Source: Eledone cirrhosa (lineage: Eukaryota). From it: a stretch of 64,000 bases of DNA. The notes beneath the pieces were generated by a model. The model saw only the letters and a list, made by a program, of their open reading frames with translations, did no database searches and was not told where the DNA came from. The DNA lies in the NCBI GenBank assembly GCA_964016885.1, contig OZ024759.1:13268001-13332000 (forward strand), read 5' to 3'. The position numbers and the translations under genes are program-made. Positions 23,382 to 37,903 of this stretch are shown piece after piece. How positions within the stretch are numbered: position 1 is the first letter of the stretch; each line of letters opens with the position of its first letter.

Positions 23382-23610
23382 GTGAAGGCGTGTGGCTGAG
23401 TGGTTAGAGAATTGGATTCGCAATCGTGAGGTTGTGAGTTCGATTCCTGGACCAGGCGATGCGTTATGTCCTTGAGCAAGACACTTTATTTCACATTGCT
23501 CCTTCTACCTGGAGTTGCGACCGATAGATAGTATTAGCAATTGGAAAGACCAACGGAAACATTGTTCCCTCGGTCCGATTTGACGAAAGTCGATCGATAA
23601 AAAAAAAAAA
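23382..23610 (+). mobile_element. tRNA/CORE SINE family C
   Basis: GTGAAGGCGTGTGGCTGAGTGGTTAGAG head, GTTCGATTCC box, core, and ...GGTCCGATTTGACGAAAGTCGATCG + A tail. Other copies at ~29100-29280, 31272-31408, 43300-44380 and 54293-54508 (-). Confidence 0.8.
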
Positions 23611-26600
23611 ATTTATAGACATTTTTATGGACCACATCTAATATTCGTGGTTTTTTTCACTCTTTGCGGGTGCTCTAGAAACGTAACCCGTCCCTGACTA
23701 CCCAGGGTGGGGGTCAGGCAACTGTATATATATGAGAAAGAGAGAGAAGACAGAGAGATGAAAGAAGAATTTTAGGAATAACTTTGTTGTTAGATTTGCT
23801 AGAAGAGAAGATAGAAGTAAAGAGAAGGTAGTGCTGGAATGTTAGAGCTGCTGACTATGGAACCACACCTCTATAGATTGCAGTCATTGATTACAGAATT
23901 TGTAGGGCGGGGGGGGGGGGGGGAACCATGAGTCCCTGTAGGTTTCTAGAATATTATGCTGCTTCTGTTGCTGTTCTGTTGATGTCGACACCACTACTAC
24001 CACACTGCTATTACATCTGATACTGCCACCACTTCTACTGCCACCACTACCACTGCTGCCACAACCACTACTGCTACCACCACTACCAATACAATCATCA
24101 TTGCCACTGCCACCACCACCACTGCTACTACCATCTCTGCCACCACCACCACCACCACTGCAACCACCACCACCACCACCACCACCAGCACAAACATCGT
24201 TGCCACCACTGTCACCACCACCTCCATTGTCGTCACCACCACTACCACTGCCACCACCACCACCAAGACCTCGACCACCGCCACCACTGCTATCAGCACT
24301 ACCACCACCACTATCACTGCCACCACCACCACCACCACTATCACTGCCACCACCACCACTATCACTGCCACCACCACCACCACTATCACTGCCACCACCA
24401 CCACCACCACCACCACTACCACTGCCACCACCACCACCACCACTGCCACTACCACCACCACCACCACCACCACTGCCACTACCACCACCACCACCACCAC
24501 CACCATCACCACCTCCACCGTCACCACCACCACTGCCATCACCACTACCACCACCACCACCACCACCACCATCACCACTGCCACCACCATCACTGCTACT
24601 ACCACCACCACCACCACCACCACTGCTACTACCACCACCACCACCACCATCACCACTGCTACTACCACCATCACCACCACCACCACCACCACCACCACCA
24701 CCACCACCATCACCACTGCTACTACCACCACCACCACCACCACCATCACCACTGCTACTACCACCACTACCACCACCACCATCACCACTGCCACTACCAC
24801 CACCACCACCACCACTGCCACTACCACTACCACCACCACCGCCATCACCACTGCTACTACCACCACCGCCACTACCACTACAACCACCACCACCACCATC
24901 ACCACCACCATCACCACTACCACCACCACCACCACCATCACCACTACCACTACCACTACCACCACCACCATCACTGCTACTACCACTACCACCACCACCA
25001 CTACCACTACCACCACCACCACCATCACCACTGCTACTACTACTACCACCACCACCACCACCATAACTAGGCTTATTTTAGAAGCGTCTGCCATGTAACT
25101 ACATCACTGGGTTGTGAGAGTTTTTCAGGTAGCTAACAGTGTAACCCACTGCTGCATCTCCCCTAGTAGCTTAACGCTGTTTGGTCCAGGGTTGCTCATA
25201 TAACCCTTTAGTATTTAAACCGGCCGTGTCCAGCCAGCATTCTCTCACCTCTTTCTGTTCAAACCGGCTGTAATCAACTGTTCATACTGATGTTAAGGTA
25301 TTGCTCTCAAAATAAATAAAATCAATCTCGTAGATTCAATATTGTGAGATAATTATGTGAGGTAAAGCCTTTACTTTGAAAATACAATAGTATATATAGA
25401 GTAATGTAAATGGTAAAGGGTTAAACAGTAATACAGCTGTCTTAGATTTCAGAGATGTAGACAAGCTTCTATACAGCTTTTGTCTACCAAATTTCACCTA
25501 CAAGGGTTTAGTCAATGAAAGGACACTTGGCCAAGGTCCCAGAACCATTGAACTCTTTAACTGCACTCCTATACCTTCTTTCCTTTTTAAAAAAGTATTT
25601 TTTAAGTTTTTAAAATTATATTCTATTTTTTAACTGTGTTAAACTGTGTTTAACTTTGTTTCACTGTCTGGGGTAGTGTATGCTAGTTGGGTTGTTTAAA
25701 GGACCTAAATTAAGACAATGTTGTTTTAGTAGTAAGTAAATTATTTGGAGGGATTTCAACCAGAAAGATTGCGGCTTTAAATCCTTTTTTTCTCTTTTAC
25801 ACCAAACTGACAGAAACTAAATCCTCGTTTTATGATACAAAACTGTTGGCTTTGCAGTGTTTATATTTATTTAAAACCCCTTTTATCATAATTTTTATGT
25901 AAGAACCTTTAACTCTTTAGCATTTACATTACTCTATATTTACTATCATATTTTCATGGTAAAGGCTTTACCTCACATAATTATCTCACATAATATCAAA
26001 TCTATGAGCGACTGGTTACAGCCAGTTTCAACAGAAAGAGGTAGAGAATTCTGGCCGTTTTTCGTTTGAACATTAAATGGTTAAGTTGTGTTCCAAATAC
26101 CAGCCTAATAATGAGAAGATTAGTTATATTACTAAATCCCTTTAACCCTTTAGCATTTAAACCGACCATATCCGGCCAGAATTCTCTCACCCCTTTCTGT
26201 TCAAACTGGCCAGAACCAGTCACTCATACTGATGTTAAGGTATTGTTCTCAAAATAAATGATATCATGTGAGGTAAAGCCTTTACCCTGAAAATATGTTA
26301 GTAAATATAGAGTAATGTAAATGCTAAAGGGTTAAATTCTTATTTCCCAAAGTATTTGAAAATCATAGGCTATGTCTTTCTCTTGAAATACAGTAGTGAA
26401 TGAAGTTAATGAAGAATTTTGAGGGATTTACTAAAATTATTTCATTACCAAGTAACTTAACATATGGATCGTATATAAAATTGTTGGAAGATTTTAATTT
26501 AAATTAGAGCTCTTGAATTTAAATAAGAATCCTTATAAAATTAGTTGGATGGTTTTGTTTCTTAGAATAAGGGCTGGTTTTGGTCAGATTGCTAACGAAA

Positions 26601-26634
26601 GGGTTAATGAGATTAATCGACTAAGATAATTGTC

Positions 26635-27397
26635 ATTGGCAGTATTGGTAGAGGGTTGGACGCCATGCTGTGACGCATAGTTACGGCCCTTGCCATTCTG
26701 AGTTCAAATCCCACCGAGGTTAACTTTGCCTTTCATCTTTACGGGGTCGATAAAATAAAGTACCAGTAATGTACTGGGTAATTGCTGGCCTTGTGCCTAA
26801 AGTAGAAACAATTATTATTATTATTATTATAATACTTCTTTAGGGCGTTGGATTGTCAGTATTTGTAGAGGTTGAACGTCATGCTTTGCAGCATAGAGTT
26901 ACGGCCCTTTATGATCTGAGTTCAAATCCCGCCGAGGTTAACTTTGCCTTTCATCTTTACGGGGTTGATAAAATAAAGTACCAGTAATGTACTGGGTAAT
27001 TGCTGGCCTTGTGCCAAAAGTAGAAACAATTGTTGTTGTTGTTATTATTATTAAGGGCGATGTATAGTCAGAATTGGTAGAGCACCGGACACCGTTTTAT
27101 GGCATAGGGTTACGGCTTTTTACGTTTTGAGTTCGAACCCTGCCGAGGTTAACTCTGACTTTCATCCTTACAGGGTCGATAAAATAAAGTACCAGTAATA
27201 CACTGGTGTTTGATTTAATCGACTTTCCCCACCCACCTCCCCCAAATTGTTGGCCTTGTGCCTAAGTCAGAAACCATTATTATTATTATTATTATTCAAA
27301 TCTCGCCGAGGTTGACTTTGCTTTTCATCCTTACAGGGTCGATAAAATAAAGTACCAGTAATGAACTGGGTAATTGCTGGCCTTGTGCCTAAAGTAG

Positions 27398-27400
<3 letters not shown>
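26635..27400 (+). mobile_element. Head-to-tail cluster of four SINE family B copies
   Basis: Each copy follows the (ATT)n tail of the previous one. Confidence 0.8.
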
Positions 27401-27443
<43 letters not shown>

Positions 27444-27880
27444 TCCAATCACCACCACCACCCTCAATCATCACCACCACCACCCTCAATCATCACCACC
27501 ACCACCCTCAATCACCACCACCACCACCCTCAATCACCACCACCACCACCCTCAATCACCACCACCACCCTCAATCACCACCACCACCACCACCCTCAAT
27601 CACCACCACCACCACCCTCAATCACCACCACCACCACCGCCCTCAATCACCACCACCACCGCCCTCAATCACCACCACCACCCTCAATCACCACCACCAC
27701 CACCACCCTCAATCACCCCCCCCCCCAAATCACTACCCCCCCCCGTTGCTGGCCTTGTGCCTAAATTAGAAATTATGGTAACTCTTTACTCTTACTTCTG
27801 GCAATTATTCTTGTTCCATATTTATATACACGCAGGAAATGTCTATATATGTATATATACACACAGGAACTGTCTGTATA

Positions 27881-27927
<47 letters not shown>

Positions 27928-27965
27928 GAAGTGTATGTGTGTGTGTATATATATCTATATATATT

Positions 27966-28003
<38 letters not shown>

Positions 28004-28066
28004 CATACATACACAGGAAGTGTATGTATGTGTGTGTGTATATATATATATCTATATATATATATT

Positions 28067-28105
<39 letters not shown>

Positions 28106-29280
28106 CAGGAATAAATGGTTATAGTATGAATGGTGGTGGTTATGGTGATGGTTGTGATAGAAGTGGTGGTGGTTGTAGTAGTGATAATGGGGGTAGTGAT
28201 TGTGTTGATAGTGTTGGTGATGTTGGTGATGATAATGGTGGTGGTGATGATGGTGGTAATGGTGGTGGTGGTGATGGTGGTGATGGTGGTGATGGTAGGG
28301 ATGGTGGTGGTGGTGGTAATGGTGATGGTGGTGGTGATGATGGTGGTAATGGTGATGGTGGTGGTGATGATGGTGGTAATGGTGGTGGTGGTGGTGGTGG
28401 TAATGGTGGTGGTGGTGGTGATGGTAGGGATAATGGTGGTGGTGGTGATGGTAGGGATAATGGTGGTGATGATAGTTTACTATCTTATGATATCACTATC
28501 AGACAATCCAGAACATAAACAAGTACAGCTCTGTAAATATTTTAAAACAAGTCAACTTATTATTAACACTTTTTCATCCAACGTAGCCACCAGCCATGCC
28601 AGCCACTGTAGCTGAAACTTCAGTCAGCCATGTTCTCTGCTTCTCTGGTGTAGCCATCAGCCAATGTAGCTGAAACCTCAGTCAGCCATGTTCTCTACTT
28701 CTCTGGTGTAACCATCAGCCACTGTAGCTCAAGCCTTGGGCAGCCATGTTCTCTGGTGTAGCCACCAGCCACCAGCCACCCCAGCCACAGTAGCCCAAGC
28801 TCCAGGCAGCCATGTTCTCTGCTCATTTCAATTTACTTCCAACAGCAAAAATGTTTTTATATATAATTCATGATAAGATCCACTGATTTAACAATTTCTT
28901 TTTTCCTTCCATGACCTGTATTTTTTTATGATTCTCTATGAATACTTTTCATAGACCCCCCCGCCCCCCCCTCTCCCATCTCCCCATCCACTTCCCCAAT
29001 CTCCCCCATCCCCCCCCCCACATCCCACAACCCCACCATATTTCCTTCTCCTTTACCTACCCTCTCCTCACACATCAAAAATAGATGTGAAACTTTGTAG
29101 TTAGAAAATTGGATTCACAATCATGAGGTTGCAAGTTTGTTTCCCTGACTGGGTGATGCGTTATGTCCTTGAGCAAGACACTTTATTTCATGTCGCTCTT
29201 TCTGCCAGGAGTTATGACCAGTAGATATAATGCAAAGACCAATGGAAACATTGTTTCCTTGGTTTGATTTAACGAGTTCC

Positions 29281-30810
29281 ACAACTGTGGCTAAAATAAC
29301 TCTTCCATGATGTAATTGTTTTAGTTTCAACACAGTCTCAGATCAAGTTGTCTGCCAGACATGTACAACTGTAGCTAAAATGATTCTTCCTTGATGTAAC
29401 TATTTTAGTTTCAACACAGTCTCAGATCAAGTCACCAGACATATACAACTGTCGCTAAAATGACTCTTCCATGATGTAACTATTTTAGTTTCAACACAGT
29501 CTCAGATCAAGTCACCAGACATGTACAACTGTCGCTAAAATGACTCTTCCATGATGTAACTATTTTAGTTTCAACACAGTCTCAGATCAAGTCACCAGAC
29601 ATATACAACTGTCGCTAAAATGACTCTTCCATGATGTAATTGTTTTAGTTTCAACACAGTCTCAGATCAAGTCACCAGACATATACAACTGTCGCTAAAA
29701 TGACTCGTCCATGATGTAATTGTTTTAGTTTCAACACAGTCTCAGATCAAGTCACCAGACATATACAACTGTCGCTAAAATGACTCTTCCATGATGTAAT
29801 TGTTTTAGTTTCAACACAGTCTCAGATCAAGTCACCAGACATATACAACTGTCGCTAAAATGACTCTTCCATGATGTAACTATTTTAGTTTCAACACAGT
29901 CTCAGATCAAGTCACCAGACATATACAACTGTCGCTAAAATGACTCTTCCATGATGTAACTATTTTAGTTTCAACACAGTCTCAGATCAAGTCACCAGAC
30001 ATATACAACTGTCGCTAAAATGACTCTTCCATGATGTAATTGTTTTAGTTTCAACACAGTCTCAGATCAAGTCACCAGACATATACAACTGTCGCTAAAA
30101 TGACTCTTCCATGATGTAATTGTTTTAGTTTCAACACAGTCTCAGATCAAGTCACCAGACATATACAACTGTCGCTAAAATGACTCTTCCATGATGTAAT
30201 TGTTTTAGTTTCAACACAGTCTCAGATCAAGTCACCAGACATATACAACTGTCGCTAAAATGACTCTTCCATGATGTAACTATTTTAGTTTCAACACAGT
30301 CTCAGATCAAGTCACCAGACATATACAACTGTCGCTAAAATGACTCTTCCATGATGTAACTATTTTAGTTTCAACACAGTCTCAGATCAAGTCACCAGAC
30401 ATATACAACTGTCGCTAAAATGACTCTTCCATGATGTAATTGTTTTAGTTTCAACACAGTCTCAGATCAAGTCACCAGACATATACAACTGTCGCTAAAA
30501 TGACTCTTCCATGATGTAATTGTTTTAGTTTCAACACAGTCTCAGATCAAGTCACCAGACATATACAACTGTCGCTAAAATGACTCTTCCATGATGTAAC
30601 TATTTTAGTTTCAACACAGTCTCAGATCAAGTCACCAGACATATACAACTGTCGCTAAAATGACTCTTCCATGATGTAACTATTTTAGTTTCAACACAGT
30701 CTCAGATCAAGTCACCAGACATATATAACTGTCGCTAAAATGACTCTTCCATGATGTAACTATTTTAGTTTCAACACAGTCTCAGATCAAGTCACCAGAC
30801 ATGTACAACT
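29281..30810. repeat. Homogeneous 80-bp minisatellite, ~19 copies
   Basis: ACAACTGTCGCTAAAATGACTCTTCCATGATGTAAYTRTTTTAGTTTCAACACAGTCTCAGATCAAGTCACCAGACATAT. Confidence 0.95.
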
Positions 30811-31886
30811 CTGAAATCTGGAAGTTATAAATATTAAAAGAATATTGATTACTGATCAATTCAAATTGGTGCAAATCTACATTGTATGAGTCTAGTAACC
30901 ATGTAAAGCTTCCATTGTTTGCTCCTCATGTGGTTGAATGTACCTGGTTGAATTGGTCTCTCAGCATGTGATTGTTAGTTTTATTATTGAACCTGGGTGA
31001 GTGGTGTCTCTTGTTGAACTGGTTGTTGTGTGTGTATGTATATATATGTTGTAACTATATATATGGGTGTATGTGTATATGTATAGTTGTGTGTGTGTGT
31101 GTCACAACTTAGCAGTTTGACAAAGAGATTGCAAAGTATCAGGCTTGTAAAAACTAATTACAAGAGGTTGATATGGTTGTCTAAATCCCTTCAAGTCAGT
31201 GCCCCAGCATGGACACAGTCTGACTGAAACCAGTAAAAGAGAGTACTAAATATTGGTGTCTTAAGTTTCTACGTTATGTCCTTGAGCAAGACACTTTATT
31301 TCAGGTTGCTCCTTCTACCTGGAGTTGCGATCTATAGATAGTATTAGCAATTGGAAAGACCAACGGAAACATCGTTTCCTCGGTCCGATTTGACGAAAGT
31401 CGATTGACAAATTAAAATAATATTTTTAAAAGTTTCTGCTTCTAAAATAGAACAAATTGAGTTACATTAAACTTAGCATCCTGTACCACATGACACTCTA
31501 GTTGCAAAACATTGTTGATAAGTACAAAACAACACAATGACTGTATTATATGTCTTCCTGTTTATTAGTAAAGATACTATAAACATTTAGTACAAAACAA
31601 CACAATGACTGCTTCACATTAAATATTAAAGTCTTTACTGTAATACTGTAAATTTTCACAACCTGTCTACTACTAAATATACTATAAACATTTAGTACAA
31701 AACAACACTATGACTGTATTACATGAGATATTAGTTTTCTGTCTACTAGTAAAGATACTATAAACATTTAGTACAAGACAACACTATGACTACATCACAT
31801 TACAAATACTAGTCTCTCTGTCTACTAGTAAAGATACTATAAACATTTAGTACAAAACTACACTGACTGTATCATATTAAATATTG

Positions 31887-32070
31887 TGGATTGGCAGTAT
31901 CAGTAGAGGGTCGGACGCCATGCTTTAACGCATAGAGTTACGCCCCTTTATGGTCTGAGTTCAAATCCCGCCGAGGTCAACTTTGCCTTTCATCCTTTCG
32001 GGGTTGATAAAATAAAGTACCAGTAATGCACTGGGTAATTGCTGGCCTTGTGCCAAACGTAGAAACAATT
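31887..32070 (+). mobile_element. SINE family B, inserted in a degenerate ~80-bp repeat region (31520-32220)
   Basis: Full head-to-tail family B motifs. Confidence 0.8.
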
Positions 32071-32579
32071 AAATATTAGTCTTTCTGTATACTAGTTAAG
32101 TTACTATAAACGTTTAGTACAAAACAACACTAAGACTACATCACATTAAATACCAAAGACTTTACTGTAATAGTGCAGATTTTCACAACAATCTGTCCAC
32201 TAGTACAGATACTATTAACATTTCAATTAATAAATGAGATTTTCAATATTTTCAGCTAAACCATTACTTATTTTTTTGTTCAACAATTTTAGTTCAAATA
32301 CTTCACCCTGGTTAGTTTAATAAAATACCCCCCCCCCCCCTCCCCCAACTACTGACCAATTTCACATTGACTAATTTCCTCTGTTAGTACAGGAAACCAT
32401 TTCTAGGAATGTGAGCTTGTGACAATAACCTGGTAAAAATAAAAAAACTTAGTTTTGGTGTGAGTGGTCATGAAAAGGACCCCCCCCCCCCTGATGCCAC
32501 CACATCCCCCTCCTCCACCCCCAAAAGAAAAGTCATTCATTTCTAAATTAAGATTATATTTGAGAGAAAATGTGTAAAT

Positions 32580-34745
32580 TGTGGTGCGGTGGTGTGGTGT
32601 GGTGTGATGTAGTGTAGTGGTGTGATGTAGTGGTGTGGTGTAGTGGTGTGGTGTGGTGTGGTGTAGTGTAGTGGTGTGATGTAGTGGTGTGGTGTGATGT
32701 AGTGGTGTGGTGTAGTGTAGTGGTGTGATGTGATGTAGTGTAGTGGTGTGGTGTGGTGTAGTGTAGTGGTGTGATGTAGTGGTGTGGTGTAGTGTAGTGG
32801 TGTGATGTGATGTAGTGTAGTGGTGTGATGTAGTGGTGTGGTGTGGTGTAGTGTAGTGGTGTGATGTAGTGTAGTGGTGTGATGTAGTGGTGTGGTGTGG
32901 TGTAGTGTAGTGGTGTGATGTAGTGGTGTGGTGTGATGTAGTGGTGTGGTGTGGTGTGGTGTAGTGTAGTGGTGTGGTGTTGTGGTGTGGTGGTGTGGTG
33001 TAGTGTAGTGGTGTGATGTGATGTGGTGTAGTGGTGTGGTGTAGTGGTGTGGTGTAGTGTAGTGGTGTGATGTAGTGGTGTGGTGTGGTGTAGTGGTGTG
33101 GTGTAGTGTAGTGGTGTGGTGTGGTGTAGTGTAGTGGTGTAGTGTAGTGGTGTGATGTAGTGTAGTGGTGTGGTGTGGTGTAGTGTAGTGGTGTGATGTG
33201 ATGTAGTGTAGTGGTGTGATGTAGTGGTGTGGTGTAGTGTAGTGTAGTGGTGTAGTGTAGTGGTGTGATGTAGTGGTGTGGTGTGGTGTAGTGGTGTGGT
33301 GTAGTGTAGTGGTGTGGTGTGGTGTAGTGTAGTGGTGTAGTGTAGTGGTGTGATGTAGTGGTGTGGTGTGGTGTGGTGTAGTGTAGTGGTGTGATGTGAT
33401 GTAGTGTAGTGGTGTGATGTAGTGGTGTGGTGTAGTGTAGTGTAGTGGTGTGGTGTAGTGGTGTAGTGTAGTGGTGTGATGTAGTGGTGTGGTGTGGTGT
33501 GGTGTAGTGGTGTGATGTGATGTAGTGTAGTGGTGTGATGTAGTGGTGTGGTGTGGTGTGATGTAGTGTAGTGGTGTGATGTAGTGGTGTGATGTGATGT
33601 AGTGGTGTGATGTAGTGGTGTAGTGTAGTGGTGTGATGTAGTGGTGTGGTGTAGTGGTGTGATGTGATGTAGTGTAGTGGTGTGGTGTGGTGTAGTGGTG
33701 TGGTGTAGTGTAGTGGTGTGGTGTGATGTAGTGGTGTGGTGTAGTGTAGTGGTGTGATGTGATGTAGTGGTGTGGTGTGGTGTAGTGGTGTGATGTGATG
33801 TAGTGTAGTGGTGTGGTGTAGTGGTGTGGTGTAGTGGTGTGGTGTGGTGTGGTGTGATGTGATGTAGTGTAGTGGTGTGATGTGATGTAGTGGTGTGGTG
33901 TAGTGGTGTGGTGTGGTGTGGTGTGGTGTGATGTGATGTAGTGTAGTGGTGTGATGTGATGTAGTGTAGTGGTGTGATGTGATGTAGTGTAGTGGTGTGG
34001 TGTAGTGGTGTGGTGTGGTGTGATGTGATGTAGTGTAGTGGTGTGATGTGATGTAGTGTAGTGGTGTAGTGTAGTGGTGTAGTGTAGTGGTGTGATGTGA
34101 TGTAGTGTAGTGGTGTGATGTAGTGGTGTGGTGTAGTGTAGTGTAGTGGTGTGATATGATGTGATGTAGTCATCACATTACTACACTACACTACACTACA
34201 CTACACTACACTACACTACACTACACTACACTACACTACACTACACTACACTACACTACACTACACTACACTACACCACAGCACTATACTACACATCACA
34301 CCATCACATCATAACACATCACTACACTACACTACATCACACCACTACACTACATCACACCACTACACTACATCACACCACTACACCACACCACTACACT
34401 ACATCACACCACTACACTACATCACACCACTACACTACATCACACCATTACACCACACCACTACACTACACTACGGGTGTGTAGTGGTGTGATGTGGTGG
34501 TGTGTAGTGTGGTGGAGTGGTGTGTAGTGTGGTGTAGTGTAGTGTAATATAGTGGTGTGGTGTGGTATAGTGTAGAGGTGTAGTGGTGTGTGGTGTTGCA
34601 TAGGGGTGGTGTGGTGTTGTGTAGTGTAGTAGTGTGAAATGTAGTGTAATGGTGTGGTGTAGTGTAGTGTAATGGTGTAGTGTAGTGTAGTGTAATTGTG
34701 TAGTGGTGTAGTGTAGTGTAATATATAGTGTGGTATGGCGTGGCA
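32580..34745. repeat. Pentamer-based simple satellite (GTGTA/GTGTG/GTGAT)n with an inverted (CACTA)n block at ~34171-34474
   Basis: Direct reading. Confidence 0.95.
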
Positions 34746-35439
34746 TTACTACATCCCACTGCCGCCACCACCATTACTACATCCCACCACCACCACCACC
34801 ACCATTACTACATCCCACCACCATCACCACCATTACTACATACCACCACCATCACTACATCCCACCGCCACCACCACCATTACTACATCCCACCACCACC
34901 ACCATTACTACATCTCACCGCCACCACCACCATTACTACATCCCACCACCACCACCATTACTACATCTCACCACCACCACCACCGCCACCACCATTACTA
35001 CATCCCACCACCACCACCATTACTACATCTCACCACCACCACCATTACTACATCTCACCACCACCACCGCCACCACCGCCACCACCATTACTACATCTCA
35101 CCATTACTACATCTCACCATCACCACCACCATTACTACATCCCACCGCCACCACCATCACTACATCCCACCACCACCACCACTATCCTCCTCCTCTTCCT
35201 ATTCTGCTACTGATTGTTCACTGTTAATGTAGATCTTATGACCAAAGTGTTCCATTATAAAGACCCCCCCCCCCCCCGCCTCCCCACCTCCCAGAACTAC
35301 TTGAAAGTACAACAAAATGAGATAACAATCAACTCTGGAATGAGATGTGGAGTGATTCAACTTCTGGAGAGGAAGCTGCAGTTTAACAACTTAACTCTTT
35401 CAATCACTTCATTGCTATTTTTTGGCTATTTGGCTAAAA

Positions 35440-36190
35440 ATATGGTTTTATGACATCTGTAGCAGTGCTGTGTGCTGTGACATGGTCTTATGTGACATCT
35501 GTAGCTGTGATGTGTGCTGTGACATGGTCTTATATGACATCTGTAGCTGTGACATGGCCCTGATCTGTGCTGTATGTAATATGGTCTTATATGACATCTG
35601 TAGCAGAGATGTGCACTGTAACGTGGCCTTATATGACATCTGTAGCAGTGATGTGTTGTAATATGGCCTTATATGACATCTGTAGCAGTGATGTGTTGTA
35701 ATGTGGCCTTATATGACATCTGTAGCAGTGATGTGCTGTAACATGGCCTTATATGACATCTGTAGCAGTGATGTGTACTGTAACATGGCCTTATATGACA
35801 TCTGTAGCAGTGATGTGTTGTAATATGGCCTTATATGACATCTGTAGCAGTAATGTTGTAATATGGCCTTATATGACATCTGTAGCAGTGATGTGTTGTA
35901 ATATGGCCTTATATGACATCTGTAGCAGTGATGTGTACTGTAACGTGGCCTTATATGACATCTGTAGCAGTGATGTATTGTAATATGGCCTTATATGACA
36001 TCTGTAGCAGTGATGTGTTGTAATATATTCTTATATGACATCTGTAGCAGTGATCTGTGCTGTAATATGGTCTTATATGACATCTGTAGCAGTGATGTGT
36101 TGTAATATATTCTTATGACATCTGTAGCAGTGATCTGTGCTGTAATATGGTCTTATATGACATGTGTAGCTGAGATTGGTGCTGTGACAT
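35440..36190. repeat. ~39-41-bp minisatellite (ATGGCCTTATATGACATCTGTAGCAGTGATGTGTTGTAAT), ~18 copies
   Basis: Direct reading. Followed by a ~41-bp repeat at 36208-36375. Confidence 0.9.
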
Positions 36191-36465
36191 CTATTTAAGG
36201 AGTACACATATATTACAGTAAACTCCCTAAATATAGTTACCATGACAATATATTAGTGAACTCTCTAAATATAGTTACCATGACAAAATATTAGTGTACT
36301 CCCTAAATATAGTTACCATGACAATATATTACAGTAAACTCTCTAAATATAGTTACCATGACAATATATTACAGTGTGGGTTAAATAGCCTCACCAACCT
36401 GCATTTGGCCTAACATGGTGATTATGGCTACCCTGCTGAGATGAACCAAACAGAAAGCAGTGAAA

Positions 36466-36937
36466 GTCAACCAGGGAAGGGTTCGTCCAACGGGAGTGAG
36501 AAGGTCCTGGATTGGAGGTCAACCAGGGAGGGGTTCCTTCAACAGGAGTGAGAAGGTCCTGGATTGGAGGTCAACCAGGGAGGGGTTCCTCCAACAGGAG
36601 TGAGGTCCTGGATTGGAGGTCAACCAGGGAGGGGTTCGTCCAACGGGAGTGAGAAGAAGGCCCTGGATTGGAGGTCAACCAGGGAGGGGTTCCTCCAACA
36701 GGGGTGAGAAGGTCCTGGATTGGAGGTCAACCAGGGAGGGGTTCCTCCAACAGGAGTGAGAAGGCCCTGGATTGGAGGTCAACCAGGGAGGGGTTCCTCC
36801 AACAGGAGTGAGAAGAAGACCCTGGATTGGAGGTCAACCAGGGAGGGGTTCCTCCAACAGGGGTGAGAAGGTCCTGGATTGGAGGTCAACCAGGGAGGGG
36901 TTCCTCCAACAGGGGTGAGAAGAAGGTCCTGGATTGG
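36466..36937. repeat. ~51-54-bp G-rich minisatellite, 9 copies
   Basis: GGTCAACCAGGGAGGGGTTCCTCCAACAGGAGTGAGAAGGTCCTGGATTGGA units. Confidence 0.9.
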
Positions 36938-37013
36938 ATTGGATGTTCTATTTGAATTAATTCATCAAGAACTTTGTGGGATTTACTGAAATGAATTATT
37001 TCCTTATTTAGAC

Positions 37014-37903
37014 CAACGGTCACCAACCAGTGGTCTGCGGACCCCTGGTGATCCACGAGGAAATTTTGGTGGTCCGCAGAAAAAAGTGGACATTAATTGC
37101 AATTTTTATGTTTTATTAATAATTGTTTCTACTTTTGGCACAAGGCCAGCAATTATCCCACTGTATTACTGGTACTTTATTTTATCGACCCCGTAAGGAT
37201 GAAAGGCAAAGTTAACCTCGGCGGGATTTGAACTCAAACCATAAAGGGCCATAACTCTTTGCTGCAAAGCATGGCGTCCAACCCTCTACCGATACTGCCA
37301 ATCCAATGCCAATGTTTTATTAATAATAAAACAAAAATAATATTCGGTTAAAATATATTTTATAAAACCCCTAAAAATGTTTCTCCTCAGTAAAGAACTA
37401 ACATTCATGAAATAATTTTACACATATGTATCATATATCGACAATATGACACAGGTACACTTCAGTATTGTTTTGACCATTGACCATTAATTCATATTAC
37501 TAGCAGGCACATGGCTTAGTGGTTAGAGCATTAACCTTGCAATTGAAAGGTTGTGAGTTCAATTCTCAGACCGGGTGATGTGTTGTTTCCTTGAGCAAGA
37601 CACTTTATTTCACATTGCTCCAGTTTACTCAGCTGTAGAAATGAGATGATAGGGACTGGGGTGCCTATCATTCCACTGAAAAGTGGTCGTGGAGGTGCCA
37701 CGGCAAAAAAGCACCCAGCACTCACTGTAAATGAGGTTGGTGTTAGGAAGGGCATCCAGCTGTAGAAATCAAGCCAGAATCAGTTCCCGTCCCACCCTTG
37801 CAAGCAGGGAAAAGCGGACGTAAAATGAAATGAATGATGAAGTCCACAGGATTTAAAATTATGAAGTTAGTGTCCGTGAGATCTGAAAGGCTGGCGACTG
37901 CTG
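37014..37903. mobile_element. Putative hAT-type MITE containing nested SINE B (-, ~37120-37310) and SINE A (+, 37506-37840)
   Basis: Imperfect TIRs CAACGGTCACCAACC / GGCTGGCGACTGCTG and GGTCCGC subterminal motifs. The TSD is not convincing. Confidence 0.45.

Noticed and set aside
22923-23724. Possible Tc1/pogo-type MITE (CAGT...ACTG|TA) enclosing two SINEs
   Set aside because: The terminal inverted repeats are too degenerate to support the call.
29281-30810. CRISPR-like appearance of regular arrays (also 44594-47690 and 57517-58399)
   Set aside because: No unique spacers, no cas genes, and a eukaryotic context; these are plain tandem repeats.
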